47,859 nucleotides of DNA from Raillietiella orientalis (lineage: Eukaryota): the NCBI GenBank assembly GCA_036172245.1, contig JAYWIR010000168.1:1-47859 (forward strand), given 5' to 3'. The translations under genes were made by a program, and so were the position numbers. The notes under the pieces are model-generated. The model made no database searches. It saw only the letters and a program-made list of their open reading frames with translations, and was not told the DNA's origin. Below, piece after piece: positions 1 to 13,300 of the stretch. How positions within the stretch are numbered: the first letter of the stretch is position 1; the number at the start of each line of letters is the position of its first letter.

Positions 1-421
1 GCAGATTTCACCATTGCACTTGTGCGCCTCTTCACGAAGCATCCATTTGCAGGTGGTGGCAATTTCCCGTTATGGAGACCCGCACATCCTTGCAATTTCC
101 TTGGTTCAGAAGCACATTGATATGAGTTTGAAGTTTCATTAGGGTGTGGCACTTTGGCCTCTGTGTGGCATTCATGGTAACCAGTGTCGGAGTTAGAAAG
201 AGATTGTTTCCTTTAGCTGTCTTTGTTTATGTGTTCCAAATAAGCAACTTTTTGGAGTTTGTAAACACTTCGAAGACAGCAGATTTCACCTTTGCACTTG
301 TGCGCCTCTTCACGAAGCATCAATTTGCAGTGAGTTGCAATTTCCCGTTATGGAGACCCGCACATCCTTGCAATTTCCTTGGTTCAGAAGAACTTTCTGA
401 TAAGCCCGAGGTTTCATTAGG

Positions 422-3400
422 GTGGGGGACTGTGGCCTCGGTGTGGTTTTCATGGTAACCAGTGTCCGGATTAGAAAGAGATTGTTTCTTCTAACTCTGA
501 TTCCAAATTTGTTACAAATAAGCAACTTTTTGGAGTTTGTAATCACTTGGAAGTCAGCAGATTTCACCTTTGCACTTGTGCGCCTCTTCAAGAAGGATCC
601 TTTTGCAGGTGGTGTCAATTTCCCGTTATAGACACTCGTACATCCTTACAATTTCCTTGGTTCAGAAGCACATTGATATGAGTTTGAAGTTTCATTAGGG
701 TGTGGCACTTTGGCCTCTGCGTGGTATTCATGGTAACCAGTGTCGGAGTTAGAAAGAGATTGTTTCCCTTAGCTGTGATTCATTATGTGTTCCAAATAAG
801 AAACTTTTCGAGGCTTGTAATGACTTCGAAGTCAGGAGATTTCACCTTTGCACTTGTGCGCCTCTTCACAAAGCATCAATTTGCAGTGAGTGGCAATTTC
901 CCGTTATGAAGGCCCGCACAACCTTCCAATTTCCTTGGTTCAGAAGAACTTTCTGATAAGCCCGAGGTTTCATTAGGGTGGGGCACTTGGCCTCTGTGTG
1001 GTATTCATGGTAACCAGTGTCGGAGCTAGAAAGAGATTGTTTCCTTTAGCTGTCTTTGTTTATGTGTTCCAAATAAGCAACTTTTTGGAGTTTGTAATCA
1101 CTTCGAAGTAAGCAGATTTCACCTTTGCACTTGTGCGCCTCTTCACAAAGCATCAATTTGCAGTGAGTGGCAATTTCCCGTTATGAAGGCCCGCACAATT
1201 TTCCAATTTCCTTGGTGCAGAAGAACTTTCTGATAAGCCCGAGGTTTCATTACGGTGTGGCACTTTGGCCTCGGTGTGGTTTTCATGGTAACCAGTGTCG
1301 GAGTTAGAAAGAGATTGTTTCCCTTAGCTGTGATTCATTATGTGTTCTAAATAAGAAACTTTTTGAGGCTTGTAATGACTTCGAAGGCAGCAGATTTCAC
1401 CCTTGCACTTTTGCGCCTCTTCACGAGGCATCAATTTGCAGTGAGTGGCAATTTCCCGTTATGGAGACCCGCACAACCTTCCAATTTCCTTGGTGCAGAA
1501 GAACTTTCAGATAAGCCCGAAGTTTCATTAGGGTGGGGGACTGTGGCCTCGGTGTGGTTTTCATGGTAACCAGTGTCGGAGTTAGAAAGAGATTGTTTCT
1601 TCTAACTCTGATTCCAAATGTGTTACAAATAAGCAACTTTTTGGGGTTTGTAATCACTTGGAAGTCAGCAGATTTCACCTTTGCACTTGTGCGCCTCTTC
1701 AAGAAGGATCCATTTGCAGGTGGTGTCAATTTCCCTTTATAGAGACCCGCACATCCTTGCAATTTCCTTGGTTCAGAAGCACATTGATATGAGTTTGAAG
1801 TTTCATTAGGGTGTGGCACTTTGGCCTCTGCGTGGCATTCATGGTAACCAGTGTCGGAGTTAGAAAGAGATTGTTTCCTTTCGCTGTCTTTGTTTATGTG
1901 TTCCAAATTAGCAACTTTTTGGAGTTTGTAAACACTTCGAAGACAGCAGCTTTCACCCTTGCACTTGTGCGCCTGTTCACGAAGCATCAATTTGCAGTGA
2001 GTGGCAATTTCCCGTTATGGAGACCCGCACAACCTTCCAATTTCCTTGGTTCAGAAGAACTTTCTGATAAGCCCGAGGTTTCATTAGGGTGGGGGACTGT
2101 GGCCTCGGTGTGGTTTTCATGGTAACCAGTGTCGGAGTTAGAAAGAGATTGTTTCTTCTAACTCTGATTCCAAATGTGTTACAAATAAGCAACTTTTTGG
2201 AGTTTGTAATCACTTGGAAGTCAGCAGATTTCACCTTTGCACTTGTGCGCCTCTTCAAGAAGGATCCATTTGCAGGTGGTGTCAATTTCCCGTTATAGAG
2301 ACCCGCACATCCTTGCAATTTCCTTGGTTCAGAAGCACATTGAGATGAGTTTGAAGTTTCATTAGGGTGTGGCACTTTGGCCTCTGCGTGGTATTCATGG
2401 TAACCAGTGTCGGAGTTAGAAAGAGATTGTTTCCTTTAGCTGTCTTTGTTTATGTGTTCCAAATTAGCAACTTTTTGGAGTTTGTAAACACTTCGAAGAC
2501 AGCAGCTTTCACCCTTGCACTTGTGCGCCTGTTCACGAAGCATCAATTTGCAGTGAGTTGCAATTTCCCGTTATGGAGACCCGCACAACCTGCAATTTCC
2601 TTGGTTCAGAAGAACTTTCTGATAAGCCCGAGGTTTCATTAGGGTGGGGGACTGTGGCCTCGGTGTGGTTTTCATGGTAACCAGTGTCCGGATTAGAAAG
2701 AGATTGTTTCTTCTAACTCTGATTCCAAATTTGTTACAAATAAGCAACTTTTTGGAGTTTGTAATCACTTGGAAGTCAGCAGATTTCACCTTTGCACTTG
2801 TGCGCCTCTTCAAGAAGGATCCTTTTGCAGGTGGTGTCAATTTCCCGTTATAGACACTCGTACATCCTTACAATTTCCTTGGTTCAGAAGCACATTGATA
2901 TGAGTTTGAAGTTTCATTAGGGTGTGGCACTTTGGCCTCTGCGTGGTATTCATGGTAACCAGTGTCGGAGTTAGAAAGAGATTGTTTCCCTTAGCTGTGA
3001 TTCATTATGTGTTCCAAATAAGAAACTTTTCGAGGCTTGTAATGACTTCGAAGTCAGGAGATTTCACCTTTGCACTTGTGCGCCTCTTCACAAAGCATCA
3101 ATTTGCAGTGAGTGGCAATTTCCCGTTATGAAGGCCCGCACAACCTTCCAATTTCCTTGGTTCAGAAGAACTTTCTGATAAGCCCGAGGTTTCATTAGGG
3201 TGGGGCACTTGGCCTCTGTGTGGTATTCATGGTAACCAGTGTCGGAGTTAGAAAGAGATTGTTTCCTTTAGCTGTCTTTGTTTATGTGTTCCAAATAAGC
3301 AACTTTTTGGAGTTTGTAATCACTTCGAAGTAAGCAGATTTCACCTTTGCACTTGTGCGCCTCTTCACAAAGCATCAATTTGCAGTGAGTGGCAATTTCC

Positions 3401-4309
3401 CGTTATGAAGGCCCGCACAATTTTCCAATTTCCTTGGTGCAGAAGAACTTTCTGATAAGCCCGAGGTTTCATTACGGTGTGGCACTTTGGCCTCGGTGTG
3501 GTTTTCATGGTAACCAGTGTCGGAGTTAGAAAGAGATTGTTTCCCTTAGCTGTGATTCATTATGTGTTCTAAATAAGAAACTTTTTGAGGCTTGTAATGA
3601 CTTCGAAGGCAGCAGATTTCACCCTTGCACTTTTGCGCCTCTTCACGAGGCATCAATTTGCAGTGAGTGGCAATTTCCCGTTATGGAGACCCGCACAACC
3701 TTCCAATTTCCTTGGTGCAGAAGAACTTTCAGATAAGCCCGAAGTTTCATTAGGGTGGGGGACTGTGGCCTCGGTGTGGTTTTCATGGTAACCAGTGTCG
3801 GAGTTAGAAAGAGATTGTTTCTTCTAACTCTGATTCCAAATGTGTTACAAATAAGCAACTTTTTGGGGTTTGTAATCACTTGGAAGTCAGCAGATTTCAC
3901 CTTTGCACTTGTGCGCCTCTTCAAGAAGGATCCATTTGCAGGTGGTGTCAATTTCCCTTTATAGAGACCCGCACATCCTTGCAATTTCCTTGGTTCAGAA
4001 GCACATTGATATGAGTTTGAAGTTTCATTAGGGTGTGGCACTTTGGCCTCTGCGTGGCATTCATGGTAACCAGTGTCGGAGTTAGAAAGAGATTGTTTCC
4101 TTTCGCTGTCTTTGTTTATGTGTTCCAAATTAGCAACTTTTTGGAGTTTGTAAACACTTCGAAGACAGCAGCTTTCACCCTTGCACTTGTGCGCCTGTTC
4201 ACGAAGCATCAATTTGCAGTGAGTTGCAATTTCCCGTTATGGAGACCCGCACAACCTGCAATTTCCTTGGTTCAGAAGAAATTTCTGATAAGCCCGAGGT
4301 TTCATTAGG
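422..4309. repeat. Local higher-order repeat: an 8-monomer copy (422-2643, 2222 bp) followed by a 6-monomer copy (2644-4309, 1666 bp)
   Basis: Private variants recur at an offset of 2222: gtccggattag, tagacactcgtacatccttac, the 1-bp deletion gggcacttggcc (~987 and ~3209), ttacggtgtgg and gttctaaataagaaac. Identical ORF translations occur at 422/2644, 700/2922, 1363/3585 and 1533/3755. Confidence 0.9.
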
Positions 4310-7300
4310 GTGGGGCACTGTGGCCTCGGTGTGGTTTTCATGGTAACCAGTGTCGGAATTAGAAAGAGATTGTTTCTTCTAACTCTGATTCCAAATTTGT
4401 TACAAATAAGCAACTTTTTGGAGTTTGTAATCACTTGGAAGTCAGCAGATTTCACCTTTGCACTTGTGCGCCTCTTCAAGAAGGATCCATTTGCAGGTGG
4501 TGTCAATTTCCCTTTATAGTGACCCGCACATCCTTGCAATTTCCTTGGTTCAGAAGCACATTGATATGAGTTTGAAGTTTCATTAGGGTGTGGCACTTTG
4601 GCCTCTGCGTGGTATTCATGGTAACCAGTGTCGGAGTTAGAAAGAGATTGTTTCCCTTAGCTGTGATTCATTATGTGTTCCAAATAAGCAACTTTTTGAG
4701 GTTTGTAATCACTTCGAAGACAGCAGATTTCACCCTTGCACTTGTGCGCCTCTTCACGAAGCATCAATTTGCAGTGAGTGGCAATTTCCCGTTATGGAGA
4801 CCCGCACAACCTTCCAATTTCCTTGGTTCAGAAGAACTTTCAGATAAGCCCGAGGTTTCATTAGGGTGGGGCACTTTGGCCTCTGTGTGGTATTCATGGT
4901 AACCAGTGTCGGAGTTAGAAAGAGATTGTTTCCCTTAGCTCTGATTCATTATGTGTTCCAAATAAGCAACTTTTTGAGGTTTGTAATCACTTCGAAGTCA
5001 GCAGATTTCACAATTGCACTTGTGCGCCTCTTCACGAAGCATCAATTTGCAGTGAGTGGCAATTTCCCGTTATGGAGACCCGCACAACCTTCCAATTTCC
5101 TTGGTTCAGAAGAACTTTCAGATAAGCCCGAAGTTTCATTAGGGTGGGGCACTTTGGCCTCTGTGTGGTATTCATGGTAACCAGTGTCGGAGTTAGAAAG
5201 AGATTGTTTCCCTTAGCTCTGATTCATAATATGTTCCAAATAAGCAACTTTTTGGGGTTTGTAATCACTTCGAAGTCAGCAGACTTCACCATTGCACTTT
5301 TGCGCCTCTTCACGAAGCATCAATTTGCAGTTGGTGGCAATTTCCCGTTATGGAGACCCGCACAACCTTCCAATTTCCTTGGTTCAGAAGAACTTTCTGA
5401 TAAGCCCGAGGTTTCATTAGGGTGGGGCACTTTGTCCTCTGTGTGGTATTCATGGTAACCAGTCTCGGAGATAGAAAGAGATTGTTTCCTTTAGCTGTCT
5501 TTGTTTATGTGTTCCAAATAAGCAACTTTTTGGAGTTTCTAAACACTTCGAAGACAGCAGATTTCACCCTTGCACTTGTGCGCCTCTTCACGAAGCATCA
5601 ATTTGCAGTGAGTGGCAATTTCCCGTTATGGAGACCCGCACAACCTTCCAATTTCCTTGGTTCAGAAGAACTTTCTGATAAGCCCGAAGTTTCATTAGGG
5701 TGGGGCACTTTGGCCTCTGTGTGGTATTCATGGTAACCAGTGTCGGAGTTAAAAAGAGATTGTTTCTTCTAGCTCTGATTCATAATGTGTTCCAAATAAG
5801 CAACTTTTTGAGGTTTGTAATCACTTCGAAGTCAGCAGATTTCACAATTGCACTTGTGCGCCTCTTCACGAAGCATCAATTTGCAGTGAGTGGCAAATTC
5901 CCGTTATGGAGACCCGCACAACCTTCCAATTTCCTTGGTTCAGAAACACATTGATATGAGTTTGAAGTTTGATTAGGGTGTGGCACTTTGGCCTCTGCGT
6001 GGTAATCATGGTTACCAGTCTCGGAGTTAAAAAGAGATTGTTTCTTCTAACTCTGATTCCAAATGTGTTACAAATAAGCAACTTTTTGGGGTTTGTAATC
6101 ACTTCGAAGTCAGCAGATTTCACCATTGCACTTGTGCGCCTCTTCACGAAGCATCAATTTGCAGTGAGTGGCAATTTCCCGTTATGGAGACCCGCACAAC
6201 CTTCCAATTTCGTTGGTTCAGAAGAACTTTCAGATAAGCCCGAAGTTTCATTAGGGTGGGGCACTTTGTCCTCTGTGTGGTATTCATGGTAACCAGTCTC
6301 GGAGATAGAAAGAGATTGTTTCCTTTAGCTGTCTTTGTTTATGTGTTCCAAATAAGCAACTTTTTGGTGTTTGTAAACACTTCGAAGTCAGCAGATTTCA
6401 CCCTTGCACTTGTGCGCCTCTTCACGAAGCATCAATTTGCAGTGAGTGGCAATTTCCCGTTATGGAGACCCGCACAACCTTCCAATTTCCTTGGTTCAGA
6501 AGAACTTTCAGATAAGCCCGAAGTTTCATTAGGGTGGGGCACTTTGGCCTCTGTGTGGTATTCATGGTAACCAGTGTCGGAGTTAGAAAGAGATTGTTTC
6601 CTTTAGCTGTCTTTGTTTATGTGTTCCAAATAAGCAAGTTTTTGGAGTTTGTAATCACTTCGAAGTAAGCAGATTTCACCTTTGCACTAGTGCGCCTCTT
6701 CACGAAGCATCAATTTGCAGTGAGTGGCAATTTCCCGTTATGGAGACCCGCACAACCTTCCAAATTCGTTGGTTCAGAACAACTTTCAGATAAGCCCGAA
6801 GTTTCATTAGGGTGGGGCACTTTGGCCTCTGTGTGGTATTCATGGTAACCAGTGTCGGAGTTAGAAAGAGATTGTTTCCTTAAGCTGTCTTTGTTTTTGT
6901 GTTCCAAATAAGCAACTTTTTGGAGTTTGTAAACACTTTGAAGACAGCAGATTTCACCCTTGCACTTTTGCGACTCTTCACGAAGCATCAATTTGCAGTG
7001 AGTGGCAATTTCCCGTTATGGAGACCCGCACAACCTTCCAATTTCCTTGGTTCAGAAGAACTTTCTGATAAGCCGGAGGTATCATTAGGGTGGGGCACTT
7101 TGGCTTCGGTGTGGTTTTCATGGTAACCAGTGTCGGAGTTAGAAAGAGATTGTTTCCCTTTTCTGTGATCCATCATGTGTTCCAAAGAAGCAACTTTTTG
7201 GTGTTTGTAATCACTTCGAAGTCAGCAGATTTCACTCTTGCACTTTTGCGACTCTTCACAAAGCACCAATTTGCAGTGAGTGGCAATTTCCTGTTATGGA

Positions 7301-10300
7301 GACCCGCTCAACCTTGCAATTTCCTTGGTTCAGAAGCACATTGATATGAGTTTGAAGTTTCATGAAAGTGTGGCACTTTGGCCTCTGCGTGGTATTCATG
7401 GTAACCAGTGTCGGAGTTAGAAAGAGATTGTTTCTTCTAACTCTGATTCTAAATGTGTTACAAATAAGCAACTTTTTGAGGTTTGTAATCACTTCGAAGT
7501 CAGCAGATTTCACAATTGCACTAGTGGGCCTCTTCACGAAGCATCAATTTGCAGTGAGTGGCAAATTCCCGTTATGGAGACCCGCACAACCTTCCAATTT
7601 CCTTGGTTCAGAAGAACTTTCTGATAAGCCCGAGGTTTCATTAGGGTGGGGCACTTTGGCCTCTGTGTGGTATTCATGGTAACCAGTGTCGGAGTTAGAA
7701 AGAGATTGTTTCCTTTAGCTGTCTTTGTTTATGTGTTCCAAATAAGCAACTTTTTGGAGTTTGTAAACACTTCGAAGACAGCAGATTTCACAATTGCACT
7801 AGTGCGCCTCTTCACGAAGCATCAATTTGCAGTGAGTGGCAATTTCCCGTTATGGAGACCCGCACAACCTTCCAATTTCCTTGGTTCAGAAGAACTTTCT
7901 GATAAGCCCGAGGTTTCATTAGGGTGGGGCACTTTGGCCTCTGTGTGGTATTCATGGTAACCAGTGTCGGAGTTAGAAAGAGATTGTTTCCCTTAGCTCT
8001 GATTCATTATGTGTTCCAAATAAGCAACTTTTTGGTGTTTGTAATCACTTCGAAGTCAGCAGATTTCACCTTTGCACTTGTGCGCCTCTTCACGAAGCAT
8101 CAATTTGCAGTGAGTGGCAATTTCCCGTTATGGAGACCCGCACAACCTTCCAATTTCCTTGGTTCAGAAGAACTTTCTGATAAGCCCGAGGTTTCATTAG
8201 GGTGGGGCACTTTGGCCTCTGTGTGGTATTCATGGTAACCAGTGTCGGAGCTAGAAAGAGATTGTTTCCCTTAGCTCTGATTCATTATGTGTTCCAAATA
8301 AGCAACTTTTTGGTGTTTGTAATCACTTCGAATTCAGCAGATTTCACCTTTGCACTTGTGAGCCTCTTCACGAAGCATCAATTTGCAGTGAGTTGCAATT
8401 TCCCGTTATGGACACCCGCACAACCTTCCAATTTCCTTGGTTCAGAAGAACTTTCTGATAAGCCCGAGGTTTCATTAGGGTGGGGCACTTTGGCCTCTGT
8501 GTGGTATTCATGGTAACCAGTGTCGGAGTTAGAAAGAGATTGTTTCCTTTAGCTGTCTTTGTTTATGTGTTCCAAATAAGCAACTTTTTGGAGTTTGTAA
8601 ACACTTCGAAGACAGCAGATTTCACCCTTGCACTTGTGCGCCTCTTCACGAAGCATCAATTTGCAGTGAGTGGCAATTTCCCGTTATGGAGACCCGCACA
8701 ACCTTCCAATTTCCTTGGTTCAGAAGAACTTTCTGATAAGCCCGAGGTTTCATTAGGGTGGGGCACTTTGGCCTCTGTGTGGTATTCATGGTAACCAGTG
8801 TCGGAGTTAGAAAGAGATTGTTTCCTTTAGCTGTCTTTGTTTATGTGTTCCAAATAAGCAACTTTTTGGTGTTTGTAATCACTTCGAAGACAGCAGATTT
8901 CACCCTTGCACTTGTGCGCCTCTTCACGAAGCATCAATTTGCAGTGAGTGGCAATTTCCCGTTATGGAGACCCGCACAACCTTCCAATTTCGTTGGTTCA
9001 GAAGAACTTTCAGATAAGCCCGAAGTTTCATTAGGGTGGGGCACTTTGGCCTCTGTGTGGTATTCATGGTAACCAGTGTCGGAGTTAGAAAGAGATTGTT
9101 TCCTTTAGCTGTCTTTGTTTATGTGTTCCAAATAAGCAACTTTTTGGAGTTTGTAAACACTTCGAAGACAGCAGATTTCACCCTTGCACTTTTGCGACTC
9201 TTCACGAAGCATCAATTTGCAGTGAGTGGCAATTTCCCGTTATGGAGACCCGCACAACCTTCCAATTTCGTTGGTTCAGAACAACTTTCAGATAAGCCCG
9301 AAGTTTCATTAGGGTGGGGCACTTTGGCCTCTGTGTGGTATTCATGGTAACCAGTGTCGGAGTTAGAAAGAGATTGTTTCCTTAAGCTGTCTTTGTTTTT
9401 GTGTTCCAAATAAGCAACTTTTTGGAGTTTGTAAACACTTTGAAGACAGCAGATTTCACCCTTGCACTTTTGCGACTCTTCACGAAGCATCAATTTGCAG
9501 TGAGTGGCAATTTCCCGTTAAGGAGACCCGCACAACCTTCCAATTTCCTTGGTTCAGAAGAACTTTCTGATAAGCCGGAGGTATCATTAGGGTGGGACAC
9601 TTTGGCTTCGGTGTGGTTTTCATGGTAACCAGTGTCGGAGTTAGAAAGAGATTGTTTCTTTTTTCTGTGATTCATCATGTGTTCCAAAGAAGCAACTTTT
9701 TGGTGTTTGTAATCACTTCGAAGAAAGGATACTTCACTCTTGCACTTTTGCGACTCTTCACAAAGCACCAATTTGCAGTGAGTGGCAATTTCCTGTTATG
9801 GAGACCCGCTCAACCTTGCAATTTCCTTGGTTCAGAAGCACATTGATATGTGTTTGAAGTTTAATTAAAGTGTGGCACTTTGGCCTCTGCGTGGTATTCA
9901 TGGTAACCAGTGTCGGAGTTAGAAAGAGATTGTTTCTTCTAACTCTGATTCCAAATGTGTTACAAATAAGCAACTTTTTGGGGTTTGTAATCACTTGGAA
10001 GTCAGCAGATTTCACCTTTGCACTTGTGTGCCACTTCAAGAAGCATCAATTTGCAGTGAGTGGCAAATTCCCGTTATGGAGACGCGCACAACCTTCCAAT
10101 TTCCTTGGTTAGAAGAACTTTCTGATAAGCCGGAGGTATCATTAGGGTGGGGCACTTTGGCTTCGGTGTGGTTTTCATGGTAACCAGTGTCGGAGTTAGA
10201 AAGAGATTGTTTCCCTTTTCTGTGATTCATCATGTGTTCCAAAGAAGCCACTTTTTGGTGTTTGTAATCACTTCGAAGTCAGCAGATTTCACTCTTGCAC

Positions 10301-13300
10301 TTTTGCGACTCTTCACAAAGCACCAATTTGCAGTGAGTGGCAATTTCCTGTTATGGAGACCCGCTCAACCTTGCAATTTCCTTGGATCAGAAGCACATTG
10401 ATATGAGTTTGAAGTTTCATTAAAGTGTGGCACTTTGGCCTCTGCGTGGTATTCATGGTAACCAGTGTCGGAGTTAGAAAGAGATTGTTTCTTCTAACTC
10501 TGATTCTAAATGTGTTACAAATAAGCAACTTTTTGAGGTTTGTAATCACTTCGAAGTCAGCAGATTTCACAATTGCACTTGTGGGCCTCTTCTCGAAGCA
10601 TCAATTTGCAGTGAGTGGCAAATTCCCGTTATGGAGACCCGCACAACCTTCCAATTTCCTTGGTTCAGAAGAACTTTCTGATAAGCCCGAGGTTTCATTA
10701 GGGTGGGGCACTTTGACCTCTGTGTGGTATTCATGGTAACCAGTGTCGGAGTTAGAAAGAGATTGTTTCCTTTAGCTGTCTTTGTTTATGTGTTCCAAAT
10801 AAGCAACTTTTTGGAGTTTGTAAACACTTCGAAGACAGCAGATTTCACAATTGCACTAGTGCGCCTCTTCACGAAGCATCAATTTGCAGTGAGTGGCAAT
10901 TTCCCGTTATGGAGACCCGCACAACCTTCCAATTTCCTTGGTTCAGAAGAACTTTCTGATAAGCCCGAGGTTTCATTAGGGTGGGGCACTTTGGCCTCTG
11001 TGTGGTATTCATGGTAACCAGTGTCGGAGTTAGAAAGAGATTGTTTCCCTTAGCTCTGATTCATTATGTGTTCCAAATAAGCAACTTTTTGGTGTTTGTA
11101 ATCACTTCGAAGTCAGCAGATTTCACCTTTGCACTTGTGCGCCTCTTCACGAAGCATCAATTTGCAGTGAGTGGCAATTTCCCGTTATGGAGACCCGCAC
11201 AACCTTCCAATTTCCTTGGTTCAGAAGAACTTTCTGATAAGCCCGAGGTTTCATTAGGGTGGGGCACTTTGGCCTCTGTGTGGTATTCATGGTAACCAGT
11301 GTCGGAGTTAGAAAGAGATTGTTTCCCTTAGCTCTGATTCATTATGTGTTCCAAATAAGCAACTTTTTGGTGTTTGTAATCACTTCGAAGTCAGCAGATT
11401 TCACCTTTGCACTTGTGCGCCTCTTCACGAAGCATCAATTTGCAGTGAGTGGCAATTTCCCGTTATGGAGACCCGCACAACCTTCCAATTTCCTTGGTTC
11501 AGAAGAACTTTCTGATAAGCCCGAGGTTTCATTAGGGTGGGGCACTTTGGCCTCTGTGTGGTTTTCATGGTAACCAGTGTCGGAGTTAGAAAGAGATTGT
11601 TTCCCTTAGCTGTGATTCAATATGTGTTCCAAATAAGAAACTTTTTGAGGCTTGTAATCACTTCGAAGTCAGCAGATTTCACCATTGCACTTGTGCGCCT
11701 CTTCACGAAGCATCAATTTGCAGTGAGTGGCAATTTCCCGTTATGGAGATCCGCACAACCTTCCAATTTCCTTGGTTCAGAAGAACTTTCAGATAAGCCC
11801 GAAGTTTCATTAGGGTGGGGCACTTTGGCCTCTGTGTGGTATTCATGGTAACCAGTGTCGGAGTTAGAAAGAGATTGTTTCTTCTGTCTTTGTTTATATG
11901 TTCCAAATAAGCAACTTTTTGGAGTTTGTAAACACTTCGAAGACAGCAGATTTCACAATTGCACTTGTGCGCCTCTTCACGAAGCATCAATTTGCAGTGA
12001 GTGGCAATTTCCCGTTATGGAGACCCGCACAACCTTCCAATTTCCTTGGTTCAGAAGAACTTTCTGATAAGCCCGAGGTTTCATTAGGGTGGGGCACTTT
12101 GGCCTCTGTGTGGTATTCATGGTAACCAGTGTCGGAGTTAGAAAGAGATTGTTTCCTTTAGCTGTCTTTGTTTATGTGTTCCAAATAAGCAACTTTTTGG
12201 AGTTTGTAAACACTTCGAAGACAGCAGATTTCACCTTTGCACTTGTGCGCCTCTTCACGAAGCATCAATTTGCAGTGAGTGGCAATTTCCCGTTATGGAG
12301 ACCCGCACAACCTTCCAATTTCGTTGGTTCAGAACAACTTTCAGATAAGCCCGAAGTTTCATTAGGGTGGGGCACTTTGGCCTCTGTGTGGTATTCATGG
12401 TAACCAGTGTCGGAGTTAGAAAGAGATTGTTTCCCTTAGCTGTGATTCATTATGTGTTCCAAATAAGCAACTTTTTGGAGTTTGTAATCACTTCGAAGTC
12501 AGCAGATTTCACCCTTGCACTTGTGCGCCTCTTCACGAAGCATCAATTTGCAGTGAGTGGCAATTTCCCGTTATGGAGACCCGCACAACCTTCCAATTTC
12601 CTTGGTTCAGAAGAACTTTCTGATAAGCCGGAGGTATCATTAGGGTGGGGCACTTTGGCTTCGGTGTGGTTTTCATGGTAACCAGTGTCGGAGTTAGAAA
12701 GAGATTGTTTCCCTTTTCTGTGATTCATCATGTGTTCCAAAGAAGCAATTTTTTGGTGTTTGTAATCACTTCGAAGTCAGCAGATTTCGCTCTTGCACTT
12801 TTGCGCGACTTCACGAAGCATCAATTTACAGTGAGTGGCAATTTCCCGTTATGGAGGCCCGCACAACCTTTCAATTTCCTTGGTTCAGAAGCACATTGAT
12901 ATGAGTTTGAAGTTTAATTAAAGTGTGGCACTTTGGCCTCTGCGTGGTATTCATGGTAACCAGTGTCGGAGTTAGAAAGAGATTGTTTCTTCTAACTCTG
13001 ATTCCAAATGTGTTACAAATAAGCAACTTTCTGGGGTTTGTAATCACTTGGAAGTCAGCAGATTTCACCTTTGCACTTGTGTGCCTCTTCAAGAAGGATC
13101 CTTTTGCAGGTGGTGTGAATTTCCCGTTATAGACACTCGTACAACCTTGCAATTTCCTTGGTTCAGAAGCACATTGAGAAGAGTTTGAAGTTTCATTAGG
13201 GTGTGGCACTTTGGCCTCTGCGTGGTATTCATCGTAACCAGTGTCGGAGTTAGAAAGAGATTGTTTCCCTTAGCTCTGATTCATTATGTGTTCCAAATAA

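Noticed and set aside
144..421. Tandem 5S rRNA, tRNA or snRNA gene unit
   Set aside because: I recognise no 5S, tRNA cloverleaf or snRNA motifs. An Rfam/Infernal scan of the consensus would be the formal test.
4861..4871. TTAGGG telomere hexamer and G-run (ttagggtgggg) in most monomers
   Set aside because: It is a single, non-tandem hexamer that is replaced by tcaggg in many units. Two G-tracts are not enough for an intramolecular G-quadruplex.
4990..5006. Possible CENP-B box at cttcgaagtcagcaga
   Set aside because: It matches only the TTCG part of the NTTCGNNNNANNCGGGN consensus. The CCCG sites on the other strand also lack a correctly spaced CGAA.
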